DNA of 64,000 bases, taken from the NCBI RefSeq assembly GCF_000143415.4, contig NW_003314357.1, positions 124,040 through 188,039 of the forward strand, written 5' to 3'. The translations under genes and the position numbers were made by a program. This stretch comes from Selaginella moellendorffii. Taxonomy: Eukaryota; Plantae; Lycopodiophyta. Under the pieces are notes generated by a model. It saw only the letters and a list, made by a program, of their open reading frames with translations, was not told where the DNA came from and made no database searches. How positions within the stretch are numbered: the stretch's first letter is position 1; each line of letters opens with the position of its first letter. Below are positions 13,159 to 25,755 of this stretch, in pieces.

Positions 13159-16100
13159 ATGTGAGGATATGGGTACTCCACCAGCTAGCATGGAATGGAA
13201 CTTGGGCTTAGACCTAAGCTGGACGCAGAACAAGGACAGGCACGCAAGCGGGAGCTAGACTATGCCTCAGGTTGGTCGGCCATACCTGACCTACCCACTA
13301 TCCCTACTATACATTTGGAACCCCACCCCCCCGAGGAACACATGCTTTGGACTTTCACCCCAAGCCTCCCTTAGTATCAGGAGTTAGTCTCTAGGACAAG
13401 CTCGAAACTTACTAAACATGGAATGGCGCTAGATTGTGAATTTGGACACGGGATGAACACCATTGTGTTTAGGCCGATCTCTACATTCCATAAATATGCC
13501 AAATTAGCAAATTTGGACACTTTCCATAAATAGCATTTGGGACCGAAATGAGACTAACATAAAGGGCATGATAGCAAGGGTGTTTGGCAGACACGGTAAG
13601 CTATCATCTAGCGATATTGAGGGACCAAGCTCAATGTCGCGGGGGTTCCCAACACTAGCAAGTGCAAGTTAACGAATGAGTTTCTCTAACCAGGTCAAGT
13701 ATGTTTGACTAATAGCACTTAGGAATTCCGTCCTTATGCCCATCTGGTCAAGTGCACATGCGAAGACCAGTTTCTCAACTAGCTTAGGTGGAGACTGATA
13801 ACGGGTCCAGTAATACCGACCTCATGCCGTCGTGGCAGTAAGGTAAGAGTGTCCGTAAGGACTGATCAACAGGTAACTTTCGATACCCGAAGTCACATTC
13901 GCGACACTCTTCCCCCCTAGTGAAGATCGACGTCCTCGTCGATGCACACTCGAGTCTAGAATACCGCCAAGGAAACAACTCCAGAAAAAGTTCACGGTAT
14001 TCACACTATGTGAGAAATGCACCAACTTAAATGAGTTAGGAGGCAACCTTTTTGTCTAACACGGATGCGCTACCAGCTCAGACACCTTCTGGCCGTCGCC
14101 GACAAGGAAATGACCAACGGAGTTAGCCACCCTTGCTACTCTGGGTGTCATCCAACTTACAAAAGTGTGATATGCCCTGCCCGCAAGAACATAGAGCCAA
14201 CCCTCGTGAGCAAAGAAACCAAACCCGTCGGTAAGGTTTAGATAGACTATTGTAAACAGGCAGTTAAAGTTGTTTACACGGTCACGCCCTTTCAACGGAA
14301 TAAGAAACATCGACAGAGAGGCGGGTGATGTGACTAGTCGACAGTAGTTACCCCATGACTAAAGATTTCAACATGCACACGAAGTGCCGAAGCCAGTCTA
14401 CCTATACTGGCCCAAACTCAAAGATCAATAGATGGACAATATCAAAGTCATAGACAATGATATCTTAGAGTCTTAATTATCAGTGAACATAACGTAGATT
14501 AGAACACAAAAATATTCCAAGTAAGTTATCATCCGATAAACCAGTATTTAGTATAGGAACCACTAAGATCATCATAATTGGTAAACATAGGAATCACCAT
14601 CCAACAAAATTCAATAGCAAGTAGATCATCAAGGAAACTCAATGATGAAACTTAACTACCGAAATTGGCAGATAGTATGCCAAACAACTCACAAAACACA
14701 ACTCAAAGAACACAAAGTATCATTGACTAACAAACACAATGCTCGCGAATGTATCACCCGAAGGAAATAACATCAAAATCTATTAGAACTAACTCAAGCA
14801 ATAATCAACACAATAGAATAAATGCGGTAAAACCAACAAACACTTAGTCATGCCAACCATCGCACAAGCCAATCTGAATAGATCCTGGTTAACAATACCA
14901 AGGAACTCAAATTGCTTAAGCAAGTGTTAGCAATATCCTAATGATGTCTCAAACCTAAGAGACCAATCCAGAGCAAACCACAAAGAACATGTGGGATTGC
15001 GAAAAACCATAAGCCATCAAAGAGAAAAACTAACCATCATGAAAGATCATCAATCATCCCATTAATAAAGAGATACAAAATCATTGTCTAAGAAGGAATC
15101 CACCATCCCGAAGAATAGCAAATCATTCTAGATTAACGATAATCAAGCAAAACCTTCGACAAGGATAATCAATTATCCTAGATGATAGTTAATCATCACC
15201 AATGATTGCTAGATGCAAAAGCCAACTTCAACATCGAAGCTAATGAGCCAAAATGCCTTCCCCAACAACTTCTAGCAAATGGAATAATGAGCATGAAAAC
15301 TCAAGGAACCAAAAGCTTGAAAAAGCCTATAGCTAAGTCTTTGTCTATAATGATCACAAGTCTTGAATGAACTAACTTCAATGCTAAAGAAGAAATCATG
15401 GGACAAGGTTTAGCCAGTATCCAAGACTAATCCTCTAACAATATTCAGTTTCAGATAACATGTCATCAAGGAGTGATTCACCATCTAAGACTCAATGAAA
15501 TCCAACACTATGAACTAAATGTAACAAAATGATATCAACAGAGGAAGAGTCAATATGCCAACATGGAAAACCCACGCAAGTCACGACACGATCCTCCGCA
15601 ACACCACTAGGTAAAGCAAGCCCATCACTGCTAAATCATCACTGAGCAAAGCAAGTGTCAACAGTCTTTGACGAAGTCTACAAGTAATCACTAGTCGCAA
15701 AGCAACTAACAATCACTCCTCAACTTGACTTCATAAGACCCAAACACCAACTCTTGTCATCAAGTTATATTCTTGTCCAACATGAATGTGATACCCCAAG
15801 TATGAGATAAAAGTTCATAGACAAGCACAAACTAAATGACCACTCGAATCCAACTCAACCGCAATAAGTTCATTAAAACATTTAGCCACTAGCTTTGAGC
15901 ATGCCTTGAAGAGGCTAGCTATGCGATCAACACTCAGTTGAAACTAAAGTGAAGACTATGAAATGGACTTATATCGGTACACAACCTCCTCATAGACAAA
16001 GATATAGTATGGGTACCAACATCTCAACCTTAAACAACTAAGTTGGACATCACCATCCTCAGCCAAGGCGCAGGGCTACTAAGACTAAGTCAAGATCAGT

Positions 16101-18231
16101 GAAAGTTCACTACTCTCATAGAGTCTCAATGCAAAATGCAACCTGCCACTGAGTATAACACTACAGAAAAAAGGCACAAGGGTCACCCTTCTTAGAAAAG
16201 TGCAACAATCACTTTTCTACACCAACTCTAGACTTTATCCAACTCAATTGCCTTAGCCCCAAAAAGTCAGCATCCCTTTCGGGCCATATCATACAAACTA
16301 TCTACTAAGGTTTAAGCCAACCGAAGTTAGCTCCAACCTCTTCACTAGTTTGTACTGGCTTACGAAAACTGAATGCTTTTCGGGCAAAGTGATTAACAGA
16401 TCAGCCATTGGAAAAGCCTAAGAAAATTTGTGGAAATTTTTTCATTCTAGAGAACGAATGACTCTCAATCCAGGAATGCAAACTTTCAAGACTCAACCAA
16501 TTTCCTCCTACCTACTACTTCACATAGATTCATCTTAACACAAATTCTCATGACCCATAGTATACTTAAGCATTGAACACTTTGCCCATCTAACCGATAT
16601 CCAACACCGACATCCGCAAAGTGAAAAATGAACATCCAAGGCTTGATCACGAAGACTACATCTTTGGATATCCACATTGCACTAACACTCTTCTTCAATC
16701 ACCTTCAAGATCCAATGTGAAGCAAAAACACTAACAAGAAAAATGACATGGAAAATCAAGGTCCAAGGAAAATTCCTCATCAATTGAAATAACAATGCCA
16801 CTTCCACTAACACAATTGCTAGTGATGTCAATGTCCCAACTACACATCTTTTCTATCCAACAATCTACTCCAAGTGCTAATGGATCAACTGACAAGTCAT
16901 AGCAAGTGAATGCTATAACCTTTTTTTCCAACACCTAATGGGCAAATTCAAGGAAACAAGGTACTAACATAAGCTTAGCATAATGGACCATCACCGAGAA
17001 TCCAGTTAAAGATACCTCAATGCTACTTCATGCAGATAGACTAGCTTCACTATCAACCACTTTGGGGTTGATCATCATTTACCCAAGCAACTTCGTAAAT
17101 ACTTTGTTTATTATCACATGGATATGATATAAATCACAATGACTTGATCATCAATCAAGCAACACTATGAGCAATGCCCATGTCACTACTGCAAAGGTTT
17201 ATGTGAATATCAAGTGCCAACTCAATTCGACAAAATGTAACATAAATGCCACACCCCATCAATAGAGATTTACAACACCTAACACCACTAACTTTTGTTC
17301 ACGACACGAACAAGCTCATGCCACTCTCTTTCCGACCAAACTCAACACTAATTCAACACAAAGCTACTCAAGGAGCAATAGCAAGGTTCCCCGGAAAAGA
17401 ATTGAGCATTGCAACCCAAGTCTTCCAATAGCTAGCCTAGACAAAATGGTATAGCACTTCACCGCTATCCATCCCACAACTCACCATTGTAAAACCACCA
17501 TCTCCAACATGCATCAAGATAGGGATTCTTGATTGCATAATGTGAACATAAGCAATGAGTTAACACCTCGTTGCAGATCATCTCTCCAAGAAGAGAAAAT
17601 GATTTACGTATTTGATCCTCCGTCCCCGATGACTCTCTTTTCGGTCTTATCTTTGACCAAACCTTAAGCTTGCTTTCGCACTGCCTTCAGTTCAACCGAA
17701 GAAAAGTTTATGAGAGAGCACGGCCATGACTACTTGAACCAATAGACTAATCCCTATAGTCTTGATTAATCCACTTATAATCATGCCTAGGAAGGATCCA
17801 TTAGTGCCATGCTAAACAGCTACGGACCAGCCTATTTGCCACTCATAGCAAACCCAGGGAGGTTTGCTTTCACCCATGGTACAAGGAATAACTTATGGAA
17901 CCACTGGAACCACTCATGGAACCACCAATAGGCTAACATTAATCCTGCCAACTTAAAGTGTAACTTCAAGTTGCTAATGTGCCTCATTTACGAGCCCAAG
18001 CGAAAACTCGTGTTAACGGAACAACTTATATCCAACTTATGAGCCCAAGCGCAAGCTCATATAATACAGTACAAAATGGTAACCAAATCCATACCCAAGG
18101 AACGATTGTGAAGTCTTAGCACCCAAACGTGTACTCACTCGGATCATCGTTTTCATCTCTGCGTATACAACGAGACTAGTTGCCTAATTTCATTGAATAG
18201 TACTTGCTGAGACTCATCCTCTGATACCAAA

Positions 18232-19353
18232 TGTAACGCACATGGTTTTGACCCTTTATCCTATGGTGATTTACCATAGGATAACACCACGAAGCAGAAC
18301 CTAAACCCTCTTTGTGCCACGTGACAGATGCCACATGTCACATACCATGTGTCCAAAGGAACATGGTGCGGAACTCGAGGTTTAGGGCCTTGGGCCACTA
18401 AACGAAGGAACGGTGCCAAACTCCCAAGCGTGAAGCCAAGGAGTGATGGAACCAGACCACGGAGCAACTCCCGAGCATATAGCCCAAGGAGCGAAGGGAT
18501 AGGAGCTCGGAGCGACTTGGAATAGTCCTGGAGCAACCAACATCCCAATGCCAAGACCAACACGCAAAACGGAGCCAAATGGAGTCTGGTGCTATTTCGG
18601 CATACCGGTGTCCTAATGTGAGGATATGGGTACTCCACCAGCTAGCATGGAATGGAACTTGGGCTTAGATCTAAGCTAGATGCAAAACAAGGATAGGCAT
18701 GCAAGCGGGAGCTAGACTATACCTCAGGTTGGTTGGCCATACCCGACCTACCCACTATCCCTACCGCCCCCCCCCCCCTTGAGGAACACACGCTTTGGGC
18801 TTTCACCCCAAGCCTCCTTTAGTATCAGGAGTTAGTCTCTGGGACAAGCTCAAAACTTATTAAACATAGAATGGCGCTAGATTGTGAATTTGGACACGGG
18901 ATGAACACCATTGTGTTCAGGCCGATCTCTACATTCCATAGATATGCCAAATGAGCAAATCTGGACACTTTTCATAAATAGCATTTGGGATCGAAATGAG
19001 ACTAACACAAAGGGCATGATAGCAAGGGTGTTTGGCAGACACGGTAAGCTATCATCTAGCGATATTGAGGACCAAGCTCAATATCGCGGGGGTTCCCAAC
19101 ATTAGCAAGTGTAAGTCAACGAATGAGTTTCTCTAACCAGGTCAAGTATATTTGACTAATAGCACTTAGGAATTCCGTTCTTATGCCCATCTGGTCAAGT
19201 GCACACGCGAAGACTAATTTCTCAACTAGCTTAGGTGGAGGCTGATAACAAGTCTAGCAATACCGACCTTCTGCTGGCGTGGCAGTAAGGTAAGAGTGTC
19301 CGTAAGGACTGATCGACAGGTCATTTTCGATACCCGAAGTCACATTCGCGACA
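18232..19353 (-). repeat. 5' LTR of family-A element (~1.12 kb)
   Basis: TGTAACGCAC...TTCGCGACA; matches 8427-8928 plus 13161-13906; adjacent to the PBS. Confidence 0.92.
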
Positions 19354-20070
19354 ATCAATAATACTTTATATTCTTTTAGTTGTCTTTTGTAAGTTGTTTG
19401 GCATACTATCTACAATATTTGATAATTAAGTTTTATCATTGAGTTTTCTTAATGATACACTTGCTATTAAATTTTATTGGATAGTTAATCCTATGATGAC
19501 TTTAACCTTTCATGATCTTGGTGGTTCTTATACTACTAGTTTATCAGATGATAACTTATTTGGAATACTTTTGTGTTCTATTCTACATATTTTTCACTGA
19601 TAATTAAGTTTCTAAGATATCATTGTCTTTAATTTTGATATTGTCCGTCTCTTAATCTTTGGGTTTGGGCTAGTAAAGGTAGAATATCTTCAACACTTTG
19701 TGTGTATAGTGAAATATTTAGTCATGGGGTAGTTATTGTTAATTGGTCATATCACCTACCTCTTTTTTAATGTTTTTAATTCTGTTTTAAATGGCATGAC
19801 CGTGTAAACAACTCTAACTACCCATTTACAGTAATCTATCTAAACCTTACTAATGGGTTTGGTTCTCTCTATATTATTTGCAAGTAAGGGCATATCATCT
19901 TTTGTAACCTGGGTGACACCATAGTGGCTAACTTTATTAATCATTTCCTTGTTGATGACAATTGAAAAGTGTTTGAGTTCTAGTGCATTTGCATTAAACA
20001 AAAAAATTGCCTTTTAACTCATTTAAGTCAATGCATTTCTCTTAAAGTGTACCAGCGTTGAACTTCTCCT
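19354..20070 (+). mobile_element. Right part of the old family-A host copy
   Basis: Continues the reverse-complement similarity to ~13990-14730 exactly where 8426 left off. Confidence 0.8.
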
Positions 20071-20160
20071 TGCATCACAAACTTGTACTCTGTCTTCCTT
20101 TCGGACTAACAGTCACCTGCAGTGCAAGGATATGTAACACTCACTGCTCGTTTACCCATG

Positions 20161-20912
20161 CTAGCACGCCATCGACATACTTGAACGAGTACTTCCCAGG
20201 CAACATGTATCTTCCCGCTTCCATTGATATGGCCTAATCACTGCTGGTTCACCCTTTAAAGCCTCCAGCTTGAACACTTCGATTTGTTCCCCTTGGAAGT
20301 TCAACCCGATAGCCTCTCCAACAAAACCCTCGCAAGCCCACCCGACTTCCGGCCAAATCACGTTGGCTTTCTTGAGTTTGTGCAGAAGGTTGTTCTTGAA
20401 CTCTAGTGAGCGATAGACTGTGCCCTTCAAGCGCTCTAAAGCCGCTTCTGCATGTACTGCATGGAGATAGTTGGTGCAAAAAGATCCATTGTGAACATGG
20501 CCCTTGAACACAGATGCAGGATCTCTAAGCTTCTCTACCTCCCCTGCGTACCTGTTCTTGATGTAGTCTCGGATGGATTCAAAGGGCTCAGCTGCCCTGA
20601 AGTTAAGCAGGACCATTTCCACTCTCTCTTTTCGTCCAGGTACTTCTCTGGGCTTTCCCTGTAGATTTCATTTCCCGTACCCAGATCCAGCATAGGAATG
20701 CCCAAACGTCTCTTCTTGCTGAAGAATGTCTGTGTGATGCCTTCAACGTACCCTTTACAAGCTTTGTCTAGGAAGAACAGGGACATCGGGTGCTTGCCAT
20801 CATAAAGCATAACATCCGCCTTGACAGTGTAAGCCAGAAGCTCCCAAGGGGCAGAGCTGATTATTGTGTAAGCTCCAGGTTGAGGAAGAAATTGTGAAAC
20901 TGGATGCATCAA
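20161..20912 (-). pseudogene. Unknown protein-coding sequence, apparently frameshifted near 20620
   Basis: Two overlapping ORFs (125 aa and 153 aa) with globular-protein composition, switching frame at a GA-repeat. No family recognised. Confidence 0.4.
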
Positions 20913-21039
20913 ACTCCGTTACCACAGCATTCAGGTAACAAAAACCGCGATCTTAATCGTTATATGGTTGCAGCGACGTCTCTGCAAACTTGACATCCGA
21001 GTTGATTGCCGTGAAAACTGTCTACCCATCCCTGTGGCT

Positions 21040-21470
21040 CGCAAATTTCTTCTCCTTCAAGGTAGAAGACCCGAAAGGCTGTGTCCATCGCTTCACTTGC
21101 GGTACCTTGGTCTATCCGCGTCATCATCGTCACTATCATAACCTGTGTCACGCAGGGACACAAAGCCTTGAAGAGGTCCTTGCAACAGTTTCGGTCCGGA
21201 TTGGCTGCGAGGACGACAGCCTCCAACTCTTGGTAAATCCGGTGGTAGCGTCGAGTCCATTGATTTGATATATCCAGGTTGACATGGGCAGTACAAAGAC
21301 GATGAAGGCGACTTGATACTTTTGTCCAGCGACAACGACTTGGCGCTGGCCGTGGCCTCCGCGAAAGCTTACGGAATGAAGGTACATCGAGTTTTCAAAG
21401 CTAAACACACGCTTTCTTTCACTCGCCTCTCGCAGGTATTGAGGCTTTACGTCGACTGCCCACACACGGC
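21040..21470 (+). pseudogene. PB1-domain fragment of the CBS-CBS-PB1 type, with three short introns
   Basis: Spliced peptide FSFKVEDPKGCVHRFTC-GTQSLEEVLATV...LQLL-YKDDEGDLILLSSDNDLALAV...KVLRLYVD. No CBS domains upstream. Confidence 0.7.
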
Positions 21471-21805
21471 GGGGAAGCTGTGCAGATGGAAATCGCTTCG
21501 CAGGACGGTGATTGCATCCATTATGCAAGACAGACTGGCAACGAGCCATGGAAGCTCGCCTGGAACCGGGTTCTCAGCTTTAGGCAGCGGCAAGAAGAAG
21601 ATCTGTGACATCACTTGATGCTATAACAACCGTATCTCCTTCTTTGACGATGTCACTACCTGGTTTAAATCCCAAAAGCTTCGTTGACAGAACAGTAGCT
21701 CAAGCTGACCTCTGGCTTCTCCAGCGTAAACGATCAGAATACCATAGCAAAGTCGGGCACTTGTTGTGATTCAAAGCTCACCTCTATGGCGGCACAAAGC
21801 GAACA

Positions 21806-23921
21806 TCAGTACTCCTGTTGCTTTCCAACTCGTTGCTCTCGAAAGTGACGAAGTAGCGCCAGTGCCTAGACACATTTCCGTATCAAAAAATCCCTCTGTG
21901 AGCGTAGAAAGAAAGTTGAAGTACCTTATCTTTGCCTCGTGGTGTGCCCGCGAGAGATAACGCATGCAACGGTGGCACCGCGCCTTCCTGCAACACCATT
22001 GCTCGGTGCTTGCTACTGTTGATGCAGAGATGGAGCAGAGCAGCCGCGGCATTCTCTTGTCCTCGCGGGGAGCCCGTCTCCACCACCTGGACCAGCGCGA
22101 TGATGCCTCCTTCCTCGGCGATGGACACTCTCCCTTCTGGCACAGTTGACAGATTCGCCAGTATGGCAACCGCTTTGTCCACCATGCCCGTCGCAGCTTG
22201 CGAGGCCAGCTCCACCAGCGGCCTGATAGCTCCAGCTCTGACCATCCTCGGCTTGTTGTCGTGAGAGGTTGAGAGGTTGAAGAGCGCCGTTGCTGCGTCC
22301 TTCTTGCCACCGGGGCTGCCGCTTGCCAGCAGTTCCACCAGAGGAGATATCGCACCCGCGGCACCAATCACTTCCTTGTTGTTGTCCACCACGGAAAGGT
22401 TGAAGAGCGTAGCGGCAGCGTTCTCCACTGCTGCGCTGCTTCCCGCTTTCAACACCCTCACCAGTGGATCGATGGCACCCGCCCGGGAGATCTCCGCCTT
22501 GTTGTTGTCGTTGATGGAGAGGTTCAAGAGAGCTGTCACGGCGATTTCCTGGGTTTGCTCGTCACCATCGTCTAATAACGCGATCAGAGGCCTCACGGCA
22601 CCGGCCTCGACAACCAATATCCTGCTCTGTATGTCGTCTTTAGCCAGCAGGCGTAGCTCTGCCGCCGCGTACTTGCGAGCTCCAGCAAACGGAGAGCTCA
22701 AATCAGTCACCAAGTTCGTAATGAGTTGCTCGAAAGCCTGCGACGTCTCACCACTTCTTGTCACCCTGTCCTGAAAGCTGTTATGCCGTTTGTCGAGCTC
22801 CAGTAAGGAATGAAAGCGAGAAGCTCGGCCCAGGGACTTGGTTTGCCTGTAGTAGCGGCCACTGGCCGCGTTCCTTGCACAGCCCACATTTTTCTCAAGA
22901 GCAGCAGCCTCAGCAACGTTGTTTGCTTCACACCAGCTTGTGATGAGCGCCTTGACCGTATAGTTTGGTATCAAGTTGTCATGCGGCAAAGGTTGGCGTG
23001 TCTTTGGACACGAAAAGTTTCCCTGCTCCAGCCACCTCTGGATATAAGCTCTCTCGTATGTCTGCCCCGAGGCCACAATCACCGGATCCACCATCAGCTC
23101 CAAAGAAAGGGGACACCTGAAATCTGCTGGGATAGGCACACCCCAAGCCTTGTCATCGTCGTCTATTTCGCTCAGCAGTTGAGTGAAGAGCAACAAGACG
23201 TCCTGTATCTCGGCCTTTTGGTCCTCCGAGGCAGCACTCTCCCCCTCTCTCTGCAAAGCTTCCAGCTCCTTCCCTAGGCCATTGTTGCATCTGATGCCCA
23301 CCTTGCTTGCAATGCTCTGGAGCTTGTTTCTCCCAACGGCTTTCCCATGTCTATGTTGCAAGAGCATTGTGTCGATTTCCTCGGCTAGCCTGGCATCGGA
23401 CACGTCTACAAAGTAGCTGCTATTTCCACCAGCCTGCAAGACTGTCGTTTCGTTAAGGAGTGTTACTATCTGTAAAGAATGTGAGAGGTGCTTGCCTTGT
23501 GAGGAAAATTCTTCAAGGCGTGCTCGATTTGCAGCGTCACATCCTTAAATCTTGTAGTCAAGAGCTGGCAACGCCATACCTGGAAGGAAATCTCGGTACT
23601 AAGCTAACTTTTCAAGGCTTTCACTATTAAGCTTACCTTGTATATCTTGCTTCCCGACATGTCCAACAAGACCTTAGCTCCTTGAAGCGCATTTTCAAGA
23701 GATCGAGCCCTTTCTCCTGCGATCGCACATGAATCCCCCTCAGCCAGCACTGCGGCTACGGACTTGAGATATACTAGAAGCTGCAGCTGATGCGAGGATA
23801 GCGAGTGCCTGCCAGAAGAAGCAGTAGAAGAGCCAGTGTCGCCGCCATGTTCGCAGGCAGCTATCAAACCCCGTAGCACGCCAGAAATTCGGGCGTGCGC
23901 AGTGCCACGATTCGCCTCCAT
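21806..23921 (-). CDS. U-box/ARM-repeat E3 ubiquitin ligase (PUB2/3/4-like), 4 exons
   Basis: U-box IPADFRCPLSLELMVDPVIVASGQTYER...IPNYTVKALI and multiple ARM repeats. Introns ~23580-23636, 23434-23495 (GC-AG) and 21866-21924. Last exon ALALLRHFREQRVGKQQEY*. Confidence 0.93.
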
Positions 23922-24210
23922 TCCCGAAATATCCGAAGTATTTCTTTCCCGCGCTCACCACCTGGACTATAGGGAAGTTGTGTGGAGGAGCATTCTCACT
24001 CCATACTGGGAAGGCCGATCGAGGCGAGGGGATCCATTGGCGGCGATGCAAACCCTACTGCTAGCGCTGTGCTCCGCTGTGGAGCTGCCGAGGGCGGCAA
24101 TTCGTATAAAATAACAAACGTACACGTCAGCTCCTTAAAAACAACACCAGCAAGATGATTCTTTGTTCTTAAGAAAAGAATCTCATTTAAAAAAGCTATA
24201 ATATGAATAA

Positions 24211-25695
24211 TTGGTTTGCTTAAGAAAATCTGTGGTGGTAGTGGATATACCTAAAATATTCTTGGATTCTGGGATATTTTACCATCTAACAGTTGTTATT
24301 TATTTAGATTTATTTTTTATTTTTTATTTATAAATATTTATAATTTATAAAAAAATTAAATACTTATTATTATATTTTATTTTTCTGTGAAGGAATATTT
24401 TAAAAATCTTAATAGTTGTTGTGCTTATAAATTATAAACATATTTATAATTATAAACATGCATTTGATCATTTGGATTAATAAATTGTAAACTAGATAGA
24501 CAACAGGAATAGTTGCTTTGATAATATATAGGCAGAAAGAAATGAGTTTATGATTGCTTTGATCTACTAATTATCATGGATGGATTGCTCACTACCAAGG
24601 AGCATGTGAGACTAGAGATCAAAGGAACTAGAAGAAAGCATTATATTTTGTAATGAGATAGAATTTATTTATGAAAAGATGGGTTTGAGCTCGCTCAACT
24701 TAAAAGTGAGTGAGTAAATACAAAATGTGATTTAAAAATAAAAATTTGAATTTTTTGTATCCAGTTTCTCTTAAATCCTATAGCAACTGATTTGTGGCAC
24801 CAAGTTGACAGCAACCAAACCTATATGCCTTGTAAAACTTCAATTATACTTTTTGGTATATAATAAGAATCTGGCTGATTGATGAATTATTATTCAAACT
24901 ATTCAAACTACTCACTCTTGTATATAAGCTAGGTTTTTTTGGTTAATTGATATGCATATTGTTTGTATTCCATTTCTATATTCTATGTACTCATAATGTT
25001 AAATTTTGACTTATAACATAAGATATTATTAGTAATGTAAATGTAAATAGTTTATAGAGGCTCAAATACCTTTTTTTATCAGATATTTAACTTATTGTAA
25101 AATAATCAAATTGCAGCAATAATCTCAGACAAAGACAATGACAATATATAAGAATATTAACTACTGGAAGTTGAGTGATGATATTTATTTTTTTCCTAAA
25201 GAAATTAAACTTATTAACACATACAAATTCTCTTTTCATTTATTCATGAAAAAAAAAGTTTATTTATAAACTTGATTCTCTTTTAAAAAAATTTGTGATT
25301 ACTATTACTCTTATAAATTTTATAGATACTCATGGTAAATCTTAGTAACATATAATATACACTAATTTATTAGTTATAAATTTTCTTTCCCAATTAGTGT
25401 AAAAATTTGCTACGTATTGCATGTAGCAATGCTTGGTTTGCTTAATAATAGTGTTATTCCTACTTATTAATTCAATTGATCAAATAATTATAAACATGTT
25501 TATAATTTATAAACACAAGATTAATCATACTGGATATCAACTATTAGATGGTAGAAAAAAAAGAATATACTAGAAAGGGCTTACGAAAGTTCATAAATTA
25601 TAAACATGTTTACAAATTATAAATATAAGATTAATCTCAACCGTTAGATGGTAAAATATCCTAGAATATCCAAGCATATTCTTAAGCAAACCAAA
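24211..25695. mobile_element. AT-rich foldback / MULE-like non-autonomous element with long imperfect TIRs
   Basis: TTGGTTTGCTTAAGAA...GGATATTTTACCATCTAAC at the left end is inverted at 25638-25695. A second inverted block pairs 24420-24485 with 25463-25520. No clean TSD. Confidence 0.65.
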
Positions 25696-25755
25696 AATAG
25701 AAGTGTAAGTATTCCTAATTAGATCTTTTATAAAACTCATGTTTACAGACTGAAT

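Larger units (their letters stand above)
8427..19353 (-). mobile_element. Family-A LTR retrotransposon (Ty3/gypsy-related, non-coding and degenerate interior)
   Basis: TG...CA LTRs at 8427-13906 (interrupted) and 18232-19353. PBS TTTGGTATCAGAG (tRNA-iMet) on the minus strand at ~18219-18231. PPT (CTCTTCCCCCC on +) at 13907-13917. TSD ATCAG/ATCAA. Confidence 0.9.
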
